64,000 nt of DNA from Batkoa obscura (Eukaryota): the NCBI GenBank assembly GCA_030770535.1, contig JASVEC010000002.1, forward strand, positions 1,178,001 through 1,242,000, given 5' to 3'. The first letter of the stretch is position 1, and each line of letters starts with the position of its first letter. The notes beneath the pieces were generated by a model. It did no database searches and was not told where the DNA came from. It was given only the letters and a program-made list of their open reading frames with translations. A program made the position numbers and the translations under genes. Of this stretch, positions 40,947-52,685 are shown piece by piece.

Positions 40947-42755
40947 ATATCTTCAAAGTAAAAGTAGGAATCGTCCTTACTTTTTTGGTAAGATACCGAT
41001 TTCATATATGCATAACAAGTATAGCTATTTAAAAATTAGTTTTCTTGATAACGACTGGGTTTATTTTGTTTGTAATACTATTGTCATTTTCTTTTCTATT
41101 ATGTTGAATACCTTAGGTTCAAAAGTCGAAATATACCTTAATAAGATAATTTTAAGTATAATTCTTAAAGGCTTTAAAGAAGTTTATATTTCTGTTTTAA
41201 TTTTCCACAATTAAACATGTTTGATAATTATAGTATTCAATTTTGAAAGAATTTCCTCTAATTTATATCTTCGAATATTACCGCGTTTGAGTAATAATCT
41301 ACTTTTTATAGACTTAATTCTTATCCATAATTTTAAATGCTTTGTCAAATTTGGGATGTAAGAAAGCCAAAAAATTGCGCTCAATTCCCTTAACAAGCTA
41401 ATTGAGCGGAAAAAGATTACACAAAAAGCACGTGGTATTTAGTGTAATACTATATTTTAAAGCTCAACTGTTTGCTAATATAACATTTATTAAATGGCCT
41501 TCAGTATATTCTTTAAATCAGTTATTCAGCAACTAAACATTAAAAGGAATTAGGCAGTCAAAGGCCCTGCACTTAGAAACCCATATTTCGGCTTCTCTCA
41601 ATAGCATTTTATGGCTTATAATATCCAGCATAATTCCTTCCCACTTTAAGCTCAGCTAATTATCTTTAACGAACTTGGATTGAGTACTAATGTCATTAAA
41701 TAGGTTGCTTGGAATAATTGGGGAATCTCTAATTACACTATTTCACTTTTATTTCACATACCAAATAATCATCCATAGATATAGCATATTAGTCTATTTT
41801 TATTTAATAGAAGTCCTTTAAATTTGTATAAAAAGTACTGTCAATCTATTTATTATAAGTATCAATATAATTATAAAGCATTAGGTAATTTAACTAAATC
41901 AAAGAAAAAAGTAAAAAAAAACAGCGATAAAATTTATATGGGAGTAAAAATAGCCAATAATTGCTCTAATTTTTTATAGGATAGTATTTTTTAAAAATAA
42001 TTAATTCCGAGTAAATTTGAGCGAGATAAAGTCATAAAAAACCTGTTATTGAGCATAGTGATATTCTAAATATTATTTTTCTTAAAAATTTAAAAAAAGT
42101 ACAAAACCCCATGTGGTAAGGCAGTGATTTATCGATTTCCAAAAGTTTATCAAAGTAATAAATGATATTTATAATAAATCTCTATCTTTGTAATAAATCT
42201 GCAGATTCTACCTGTTTGTATTTAATCTTGTAAATACTTTTTATTTTGAATCAATTACAAACCTGGGTTTCTAATTTCCACATTACCTTGCAGAATTTTT
42301 AATTCGCAACATCTAAAGTTAATAAGTTACGCATTGAAATATAGTAATAACACTGTCTATATTTAAATAAAAAACAAACAGGTTTTCACTAATACAAAAT
42401 AGCCAATAAAGTACTATTTCAGAGCTTGAAAATATTTTCAACCAATTATTTTTATAATCATTTGATATACTTATTAATTGACTGACCTATTTATAATAAT
42501 AATTTGTACTACATTCTAAATATCTTAATATTTTTGTACATCTTTAGTCTAAATAAAAATTTATTAAGTTTGGTAACTTCCAATTACAATTTAAGGCCCG
42601 TCGTTTTCATTTTATTACATCAAATCCTATACTAATAAAAAATAAGCTTTGATAACAAAAAAAAGAGATATAAATAGGCAAGAAAAGACAAAAATTAAAT
42701 TTAAACTTATTTGTTTTATTATTATTATTTAGTGTTTAATACCATAATATACATA

Positions 42756-43439
42756 ATGACCCTAACTGAAGAGTATAATAACACTGTTTTCATTCCTTAC
42801 GAGGCTAAAGTTTCAAATAAATCCCCTAATAACAAATCTGTTAACACTAGGTTTAATAGTGTTAAATCTCATAATAAATCTGCTAGTACCATAAAAAACA
42901 AATCAAAAAAGGGATCTCATTTAAGTATCACCACAACTTATCCATCCATCATTCCTTATCCATCCCATTCAACTAGTAATAATAGCTACTATCTTCATAA
43001 TCAAGATATGCTAAGCACTCAAGGAGCTTTTGAAGCCCCTGAATCAGTTTCAATGCTACCAGATTCTCCAGGTTCAGTCACTTCCTTCAACAGCGAACAA
43101 GCAATAGGATTATCAGAATACGATTTACTCGAGTATTATATGACCAATATCAATCATGTATACGAAGATGCAATAACTTATGACATCATTAATAGACTAC
43201 AATGCGGTACACCTACGCCTACCGAATCCTTTTTATTTTTTTCAATTTGCTCAATGTCGATAATGCTTAAAACAGAAGACATAAAAGGACCTATGTTCAC
43301 ATATTATTATTCATCAGCAATTGAATTAATGTCAACAATTAAGCATGAGTCAAGGGACTCTATTTATTATTTTTCATGTGGCCTCATGGAATTTATAAAA
43401 ATCTACTTAGATATCAGCATTGTTAACAAATTGTATTAA
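42756..43439 (+). CDS. Paralogue of the 13346 TF C-terminal domain, no Zn cluster
   Basis: PTPTESFLFFSIC..YYYSSAIELM..RDSIY; TATAAATA at ~42669; first ATG at 42756. Confidence 0.8.
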   Translation: MTLTEEYNNTVFIPYEAKVSNKSPNNKSVNTRFNSVKSHNKSASTIKNKSKKGSHLSITTTYPSIIPYPSHSTSNNSYYLHNQDMLSTQGAFEAPESVSMLPDSPGSVTSFNSEQAIGLSEYDLLEYYMTNINHVYEDAITYDIINRLQCGTPTPTESFLFFSICSMSIMLKTEDIKGPMFTYYYSSAIELMSTIKHESRDSIYYFSCGLMEFIKIYLDISIVNKLY

Positions 43440-45259
43440 AAATTATTTATAAAATCATAAGATTTACTCTCGTTCGCTTATCCCTCCTCCTTCCCATCGT
43501 TTCCCATTTAGATTTATTTTATAATAAATTACCTTAATTTTTTAATATTGACTCTGTTATTTTGTTTAGTATAAAAATGAAATTTTATAAGTATAATTCT
43601 TAAAAATGAGGTCAATTCAAATATAGCAATAACTTTGTTATTATAATATTCAATATCATAATTGATATTATAGTTGGTATTATAATCGATATTTGTTAAA
43701 GTGACAATTGCTTTAAAAAATTTCAAAATTAGTACATGGGCGTTTGATGGCCTAAGAAAGATTTTAGATTGGTTTGATAAAAGATAGAATAAGTAAACAA
43801 TATAATCACATTAACAATATTACTGCTAAGCTTAAAAACTTGTTTATGACCTAGTTATCTATACCAAACTATCTTATTAAGTGATTTAAATTATATTGAC
43901 CAAGCATTTACTGTGCCTATTTAGAAACTTTTAACTCACTTATTCTTATAGAATGAATACTTTGATTATTCCACATACAATGATTTCGTTGTTAATTCTC
44001 CACATTAATTTTTACTATTTTCCTTAAAATAAATGCTTAGACTTGGTAAAATATAACTGTTGTATTATATTAAATCTTTAGAACATGATTATAAAGAATT
44101 GTTTAGTGAATAGTTATTATATTCTTTCCACTATAAGCTATTTTCATTACATCTAATGATGATATTTAAATAATATGAAATAGCTAAATTATACTTTGTA
44201 AAGATGCTAAATTACCTGATAAAGGTTTGAGAATAAACTGAGGTTTGTTGATAAATTTGTCCAATCTACAGAAATATAGTTTAATGTTATAAAAAAGTTA
44301 CTTAATTTTAAATACAAATTAATAATCATACTTTTAACTAATATATATATTATGTTTTACTAGTTCTAATATCAGCTTTATACCTTACATAGAAATCCAA
44401 ATATTATTATACTTCGACTGAAAGTGATTTGATTGCACCACTATAATATATAAATATTTCTATCTACAAAAGGTCTGGGCTATCTTTCAACATTTATATT
44501 TAATCTTAAATTTCTTGAGCCTTTGGGAATAAAATTTTACAAAAAAAGTTGATCCGCTTTCACATCACATGCTTTTTTAAATATTTTTATAACTTTTATA
44601 TCTTTTTAAAAATACTAATTTACAAATACCTTGTTGTCTAGAATAAAGGATCTTTATAGGTCATTAGGCGTCTTAAGACTATCGTTAAAGTTGTATAGTT
44701 CTTTTTAAATGATCAATTCTCTTTAATCATTCTATCCAAACTAATAAGCATTTACTCAATAAGGCTCAGGATTTCTTTAAATATATAAATATAAATTAAT
44801 GCTGGTATTTTATATTATTTTGGAAATATTAAATACCATTTTATTATTATATGTCATCTTAGAAAATATTTTGATGGTTGCCGAATATTTCTTAATATAT
44901 TATATACAAATTATTTAAAAATAGAATTAAAATGACCTATTTTATATTGAATTGTAGAGGTACATTATTGCACCGTACATATAAATGACTTTTTTTTCAG
45001 AAAAGTTTCAAGTGTGGTTTTGCTATAGCAATAGCTTATGATCAAACTTTATATATTTATTAATTTTAAATAATGGTTTTATTTTTCTATATAAAAATAT
45101 AGTATAATTATATAATTATATAATTATATTCGTATAATGTTATCAAGTATTAAACATAGGTTCATTCACTAAATAATTAATTGTTTTATTAGAAACTACT
45201 AGCATAAGTTAAAATAAGTTGAATTTGTTATATTAATGTTAAATGATAGAATTGGATTA

Positions 45260-46469
45260 TTATGAATGTTCAAATTCTTCCTTGTTAAATTCACCTGGAT
45301 TAGCAGACCACCTAGAATTCTTGATGTCTGAATCTAGGCCTTTTTCGAATGGCTCTGAGTATCTTTTTAACAACTGTAGCTTAATTTGATACTTTAAATT
45401 ATTTAAATAAGGATCTATGTTGTTTGCTAAATCCTTCAAGTTTGAATTAAGTGGACTTGCCTCTAAACTTTTTGGATTTAATAGATTTAGTCTTTGATCT
45501 AAAAGTATGGTTGGAACATCGGATTCTGGCCTCATTTTTTCGCTTGTTTTATTGATATTTGTTTCGATATCCATATTTGGCTTTAGGTAAATATTATTAC
45601 CATTATCATTAGTATCAATAACTGACTTTGGGGTTGTGGTTGAAGCCAACTTCAGTTTATTTAACTTTTCGCTCTCCCTTTCAGTTTCCCTACTATTGAA
45701 CGCTGAAGGATTTAAATCCCAACTAGAATTATTGAACGCTGGGCTTAAATACCATATTAAAACTAGCGAGATTAATATAACTGAAAATATTAAATGAATT
45801 CCATATAATAATAAAATCGATATTAAAAGGGGTTTATCTTCGATTACACCATCAACTAAAATTTTTAACGCTTCATCACGGGATTGATAGACTAATAAAG
45901 TAACATGAAAGGCAGTCCATGATTCCCATAGTATAATCAAAAAAGCAAGCTATTAAAGTAAGATTAGTAAACTAAACTACTGGCTATTAATTAATATTAC
46001 AATTCCTAAATATTTTCTACCATTACTGTTTGATGATAAAGTGCCAAAAATAGCTTTTGGAATAAATAAAATAGCAATAACTATACTTGATATATATGTC
46101 TGTTTGACTAAATTTATAATGAATAATGCCAAGTTAATCGCCTAAATAAGTTAATAAAATATTTAAAACAAAGAAAATAATGCCCACTGTCTGTGCTAAA
46201 ATGAAAGATTTTAAGCATAAAAATAGCCTACGCTCTGTCCTATTGTTAGATGTAAGGAATTCGGACCAATAGCTAGCGCGAAGCCTTGTTACATTACTTT
46301 TAGGCCTTGTATATGGAAATATGGGTTGATCATTTAAATCCTTAGCATTTATATCGCTTACTTTATTATTATTGCTAAATGAATTGTCTACATTTATAAC
46401 ACACTCTTTACACTTTTCATCACTTAATTTACAACTACATTCGTTTAAACCATTAATACTAAACTTCAT
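45260..46469 (-). CDS. Uncharacterised ~4-TM membrane protein, 370 aa, 3 exons (46469-46188, 46141-46001, 45949-45260)
   Basis: Two phase-0 GT-AG introns join the track ORFs into one frame with four hydrophobic segments and polar tails. Confidence 0.7.
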
Positions 46470-47051
46470 TGTTGATAATAATTAGCTTATAATCTAAATA
46501 TAATAAAAAAACATTCAAACTATTTCAATCTTCACTATTACTATGTTTTATATAGTTTATATTGTTTTTTATTTTCCGAATAACTTTTGTTACCGTTATT
46601 AGTTAAGTTTGTTGACACCATTTACTTTCATGTTAAGAAAATTTACCCAATGATGCATAAAATTCCTTCTTTTTATTTGATGGAATTATTTATTAGCTAT
46701 TTACAGTCACTAAAATAGGAAAGTGAATGTTGTAAATTTATTTCAGTAAATTTATTTTTCAAAATTATGAAAAATCTGAAGCTTGACAAGTTTGAATAGG
46801 TTTGCATTAGAATTTGTAAGCAAAGGCATTTTTTAATTGTATAATAAATTCTATTAAGGAATTAGCACTAAATTAAAATTTACAAACATAAAAGCTTATT
46901 GAAATAAAACCTTTGAATTAAAGTAAAAGTAAAAGGAAGCATTAATATCTATACCTTTAGTTAAATGATATTATATTAAAACTAGTTAGTTGAAACTTTG
47001 GTACCAGACTTGGTACAAAAATAAGTTTAAAGGCAGTTTAATAAACTATAC

Positions 47052-47150
47052 GGGGGTGTTTTTTTTGACTTCATTACTTCTTCCGTTTTTTAAGCATTAT
47101 TTGAGTAGAAAAATTGTTAATAGAATTCTTAAACACAAAAAAACATCCCC
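47052..47150 (-). mobile_element. MITE family A copy
   Basis: Flanks ATAC/ATAC. Confidence 0.88.
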
Positions 47151-48874
47151 ATACTATCATTTAAATATGCCAAAAAATTTTAATAAAATTTAATAGTAAT
47201 TATTTAGTGCAAATTTTCTACTGATTGATGCTGAGACAAACTTGAAACATGTATTTTCTCACTAGTAATTATATTTTTGAAACATTGTAAGCTTAGGTTT
47301 TTGATACATATAAATATTATTTTTTAAAGCCTTTAAACTTGTGATATTAAGACTTAAATACCGACTTCTCGCCTTAAGTTGAGTGTAGTCTTATAGCTGT
47401 TGGATGCTAATTATGATAGATCCCACTCATAATTTTGTAGTATATAACTTTTATTTTTATACACGATATTTTTAACACATTACGACTATTGTAGGGAATT
47501 TTTTGAACAAACTGAAGTGAAAAAATTAAGAATTTTCGTTACGATATTTTAAATTTTGATCAGTTTTGTATAAAATTATATTCAATTTTATCATATCAGT
47601 TTATTTAAATCTTTTTTTACTACAACCGCGGTGTATTAAAAAATACTATAAAAATAAAATTATGGTTTTATTTTTACAATATTGTCCAATTTTTTTATCA
47701 AAATTTTCATACTTGCCTTAATGCTTGAGAAAGAAAAATAATAAGTAAAACTTTAAAATATTTCTTTTTTAAATTTATATTGTTAAAAAGATAAATGCAT
47801 CGTAACATAGACAAATGGTGCAAAAAGCGGAAATTTAAATGAATAGAATATACTAATAACGCCAAGTAAAAATTTAAGCCATGGGTACTTTTATATTTGA
47901 AGATAAAATTCTCACTCCACTTAATCAGTTCAAGGGTGTATAATACGTATGTTAAACATATTAAATTTCTTAAAAGGGTTTCCATTGAAATAGCAATTGC
48001 TTTTAAATTAAAGTGTAAGTGTACTTAAAAAGAGTTTTTAATGCACCATTATTTATATTGAATCCATAAAATCTGATAATATGCCCCGGTTTATAATGCT
48101 AATTTTAAGTAAATTCTAATAATGAATAAATTTCAAATAACAAAAATTTTCTGGAGATAGTTAGTGTATACCAGTTCAAAATCAAACTACTGTTTTATTA
48201 AAGTTTAATTCAGTGTTGAGTGAAAGTTAATTGATATAGCGAATTCTTTTTGTATTTGATTATTTGATAGTATATGTACAATAGACTATTTTTAGCTCTC
48301 TTAACATTTACAAAACAAAAAGTTATGTTCTATAAATAATTGTAAGTTTTATTAACTTACTCATAGCTATAAGTTGTTTATGCAAGATGGTATAAATTAT
48401 TATTAAGATCACAGATAATAGAGCCGTTTTGCTAATTTTAGAATAGTAGTAATAGAATTTGGATGTCGAATTAAAAAACAATCAACCGAATTAAGTCATA
48501 AAAGTTTTACCAGGAATAATATTACCAAGTGACCAAGATGTTATTTTTAAACTGGTTATGGTTAATCCAATTTCATCAAATTAACAAAAGTAAATGGAGG
48601 TTCAGCACAAATCATTGGGTTATATCGGAAGAACCTTACTCTATTTCTATAATTCTTGGAAATAGTACTTCGAAAACTTAAAGAATATTAAAATGATAAA
48701 ATATTAAATTTGAATACTAATTATAGCGTGTACAACAGTCAAGGAATGAATGAAATACAATGTCAAAACAATATCAGATTCCACGTGGATAAGATTCTAC
48801 AAAACCAAAGACATAGAAGTAATGAACGATTAATATTAAAATAATTTATTAAACAAAGTACAAAGATATTTTTT

Positions 48875-49456
48875 TTATAGGGTCCTTAATAAGTATTCAC
48901 CCAAATATTGCATAACGAATATACCATTAAAATAAGACTCATCTCTTGATTTCTTCGGTATGCTTTCCATTAACTCCAGTGCTTTTGAGTAATAATTTAT
49001 ACTTATTTCTGATTTTGGACCATAGTTATTACCTATAATTGAGGCACTTGCACAAATAGCAAAAAATAAAAAGGTTTCAGATAACGAAGGGTGGCTTGAA
49101 TATATTTTATAAATAGCACTGTCCTCAATATGGACACTTAAATATGGACTTACTCTACGCTTAAACTCTACTATCAGTTTAGCTTCGGCATTAATTTGGT
49201 TTGATTCTTTCTTTAAGTCATCATTATATCCGTCTAAACGTAAATGAGAAGACCCATCAAAAGTAAACGTATCAATGTCCAAATCAGATAAAGAATCGCT
49301 GCTACTTAATAGAGGGGTTGGGAAATGCTCTTTTGGTTCCGATTTAATCCATTTAGAAGCCTCTTGATTAAATGATAATCCTTCTAAGAGGTAATTATCT
49401 TTATTAGCGTCGACTGCAAAGATATTATTTGTGTAGTTAAAACAAGCGAAAGACAT
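48875..49456 (-). CDS. Paralogue of the 13346 TF C-terminal domain, no Zn cluster
   Basis: PSLSETFLFFAIC..YYSKALELM..RDESYFNG; TATATAAA on the minus strand at ~49565. Confidence 0.8.
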   Translation of the reverse strand: MSFACFNYTNNIFAVDANKDNYLLEGLSFNQEASKWIKSEPKEHFPTPLLSSSDSLSDLDIDTFTFDGSSHLRLDGYNDDLKKESNQINAEAKLIVEFKRRVSPYLSVHIEDSAIYKIYSSHPSLSETFLFFAICASASIIGNNYGPKSEISINYYSKALELMESIPKKSRDESYFNGIFVMQYLGEYLLRTL

Positions 49457-50678
49457 TAAGTATTATTAGTTGGTATTATATTTAGGATAAAAAAATAAAT
49501 ATTTTGAAAATGGAGAGGTGAAAAAGCAAAAAGCTGTTTTATTTTGATTTCAATTTTTAGTTTATATATTTTTTTCCTCCTTTTCAATGGCACTTTCTAT
49601 TTTTACTTAATTAATCTTTTAAGAACCGGTTTGTTTTGTACGCAAAATCAGATGCTCAATTAGAAGATTGAATTTGTTATCTTTAAGTTAAAAAAGGAAA
49701 TTTCAGTAGTATTTAATTTATTAAATGTACATTATTAATTTATCCAACAAAAAACTATATTAATAAATTAAATTATTACAGTATAACATTAATAAAATGT
49801 CCAAGATTTTTTAATAAATGATATTCAATTAATATGAATTCAATTAATTAATAATAGTATATGATCAATATGTACATATATTAGTATTTAATCATTGTTT
49901 TTGGTATATAATATAATTAAATATGTTTGGAACCACTCAAATTCAAACATTATTTAACTCGGAGGAATTATTGCATTTTCAAAATTACTCCATAGCATCA
50001 CTTTAAAAGTAAGCTAAAAAGTCAACTAAAGCACAATATAATATATTAAAAGCAGAACATAATTGTTAGTTACCAAAGAAATGGTAGTATCTGTTATTTT
50101 AGTAGTCTAAAATAGGAACATTCAATAAGAATATAATCAGAATAAGGTAGCAATTTTAGAATGTTATCTTGTTAAACAAATTAACGCAATATTTTACATA
50201 CACAAAATAATATAAAAGTGATAAAAATAAATATTTAGAAAGTTGTTTCTAAATTATTTGGACATTAGTAGTTGAAATAAAAAATAAAACATGTATTAAA
50301 AATCTAAACTTTATATTTTGATTGCATAAAATAACCAAAAGATACTATAAATCTAATGAATATATGTGTCATTAAATAAAATAAAAATGAAAAACTAGAT
50401 GTTTGATCAACTAATTTTAATGTTAATAACAACCTAGCTTGAAGCATTAAAGTAATAAAGGCAATAAAATAGCTTTGAAAAACACTTATTCATTTTTGTT
50501 TAGTTTATACAAAAACGGTGACTTTGTAGTTTAATCAATATATTTCTAATTAAATTAAGTTAATCATTCTGTTATATTATATATTCTGCTATATTTGATC
50601 ATTATTTGATAAAGGATTTTAAAGTATAAAATTATATTACATTAAGTTATTCATACTTTTAAATTTAGATTTAAATAT

Positions 50679-50879
50679 GGGAGTATTTTTTTCAATTTCA
50701 GCACCTTTTTATCTTTTAAGTAGGAGTGTTTTTTTTTGACTTGATTATTTCTTCCATTTTTTAAGTACTATTTAAGCGGAAAATTTGTTGGTAAAATTCT
50801 TAAACACAAAAATACATCCCCAAGTGTTATTTGAGTGGAAAAGCTATTGGTAAAATTATTAGCAAAAAAATACATCCCC
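50679..50879 (-). mobile_element. Nested MITE family A pair (inner copy 50722-50821)
   Basis: Outer flanks ATAT/ATAT; inner flanks AAGT/AAGT. Confidence 0.88.
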
Positions 50880-51460
50880 ATATGGTGCTTTGTAATAAAA
50901 ATAAGTGTTTTAATGAGAGGTTACTGTTTATATTAATATCAATTTTTGTAATATGTTATTGTTAACTATATAATTGATTGAAGTAAAATAAAAATCCTTT
51001 TGAAAAATAGCAGATACTTTGCAAATGAACTTTTAATAATCAACAGAGCATTTGAGTACCCTTTGATATATTTAACATATACTAAAAAAGATAAGAATAA
51101 ACTTTACAAAATAAATTTAAAAGTTTTATTTTTATTTTTAACATTTCAATAGTACATTTAATCAAATTTATCTCTGTTGTAGTTAAGTGTAACTTTAAAT
51201 TAAGCTTTAATCCAAATAATGTATTTTTGTTAGATCTTCTTTTAGAGTAAGAAGTTGGAGATCTTTGTAAAGCATATATGATTGGAGTTGATACAGCTAT
51301 AATCTTTTCCTAATAATAAACAGAGAGAAGATTCTGGTGCTTTTTAAAAACTTATGAGACCCTCTTTACAATTAGGTTTATTTGTTATATTACATGTGTT
51401 ATTATTATAGAGGAAAATGAAATATTATATTATAAAATATATTTTTCTATCAAGTCTTCT

Positions 51461-51665
51461 TTTTTAAAACTTGGGAATTGATTGATCAGTACATTGTTTA
51501 AGTTTGAATGTGCGCTAGCTAATTGTTCATTGTAAAGTAAATGTTAAACTAACAAGTCTCAAATTAGGATGGTAGAGTAAGTAGTTGGCTATAAAATTTA
51601 TCATTTACCAGCGCACATTCAAACTTAAAGAATGTACTGATTAATCAATCCCCAAATTTTAAAAA
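51461..51665. mobile_element. Foldback element with ~65-80-bp inverted arms
   Basis: AAAACTTGGGAATTGATTGATCAGTACATTGTTTAAGTTTGAATGTGCGCT pairs with AGCGCACATTCAAACTTAAAGAATGTACTGATTAATCAATCCCCAAATTTT. Confidence 0.7.
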
Positions 51666-51864
51666 TAACAAAAGGGTAATAGATAAAAAACATTCACATA
51701 TACTATCGTTATCTGTACATAGTACCATTGTGATGATCGTACGAATTGTAGGCTCAAAATATATCTCTTCTCTTAATTCGACTCCAAACGTAGGTTTATA
51801 TTGAGCTAAAGGAGTCAGCTCATTTCTTATTTATAGTTAATCTTCTTGATATATTTCTATCATT

Positions 51865-51963
51865 GGGGATGTATTTTTGCGTTTAAGAATTTTATCAACA
51901 AATTTTCCGCTTAAATAGCGCTTAAAAAATGGAAAAAATAATGAAGTCAAAAAAAACACTCCC
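51865..51963 (+). mobile_element. MITE family A copy
   Basis: GGGGATGT..CACTCCC, flanks ATT/ATT. Confidence 0.88.
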
Positions 51964-52178
51964 ATTAATATCACAATTAAATTCAATAAATGAGTTAGGT
52001 TATAAGTAACTTTAACTTTAACTTGATGTTTATTATTTCAATTGTATAGTATATAAATGATCTTTCTATTATTATATTGTTAAAAAATAAATCATTGATT
52101 TTCTGTGTTTAAGTTTTTACTAGTGATAAAATTAAACTTGAGTCTTGATTATTAGTTTATTAAGCTTTGGCTATTATT

Positions 52179-52273
52179 GGCGATGTTTTTTTGATTTCAT
52201 TATTTCTATTTTTTGAGTGCTATTTAAGTAGAAAGATTGTTAGTAAAATTCTTAAACACAAAAATAAAGCCTC
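52179..52273 (-). mobile_element. MITE family A copy, degenerate ends
   Basis: Shared core, flanks ATT/ATT. Confidence 0.75.
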
Positions 52274-52685
52274 ATTATTAACTGGAGCTTGATTCTATTT
52301 AATATGTAACATATGGATATGCTTTTTAGACATTTAGCTAATATCTTTTTTCATTTTAAGCTTGAGAAGTGCACAAATATCTAAGAAGTAATTCTGTGTA
52401 ACTCAACTTTAATTTTATTATTACTCATCATCTTTAATTAGATGGGAGCATATAGGGGATTTGGAGGATATCATACTGCTTTTTTCATTAATGTTAAAGA
52501 TTATTGTAACTTAGGCAATCTTCTTAAATACTAATACCATCACTTATACAGATATACACTATATCAATTCCAAATTTTGAGTAAAAAAAAATGGAATTAT
52601 GATTGGTTAATTTATATCAATTCGAAAATTAAATAAAAAAGAGAGCTTTTATTAAACAATCTTTTTTAAAAGTTCAACAAACAAG

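Noticed and set aside
46990..47193. 67-aa ORF
   Set aside because: Runs through a family A MITE copy and has no ATG start
48520..48720. DVIF..TGYG*S resembling a RecQ-type helicase motif I relic
   Set aside because: Needs a frameshift and several stops, and no further helicase motifs follow
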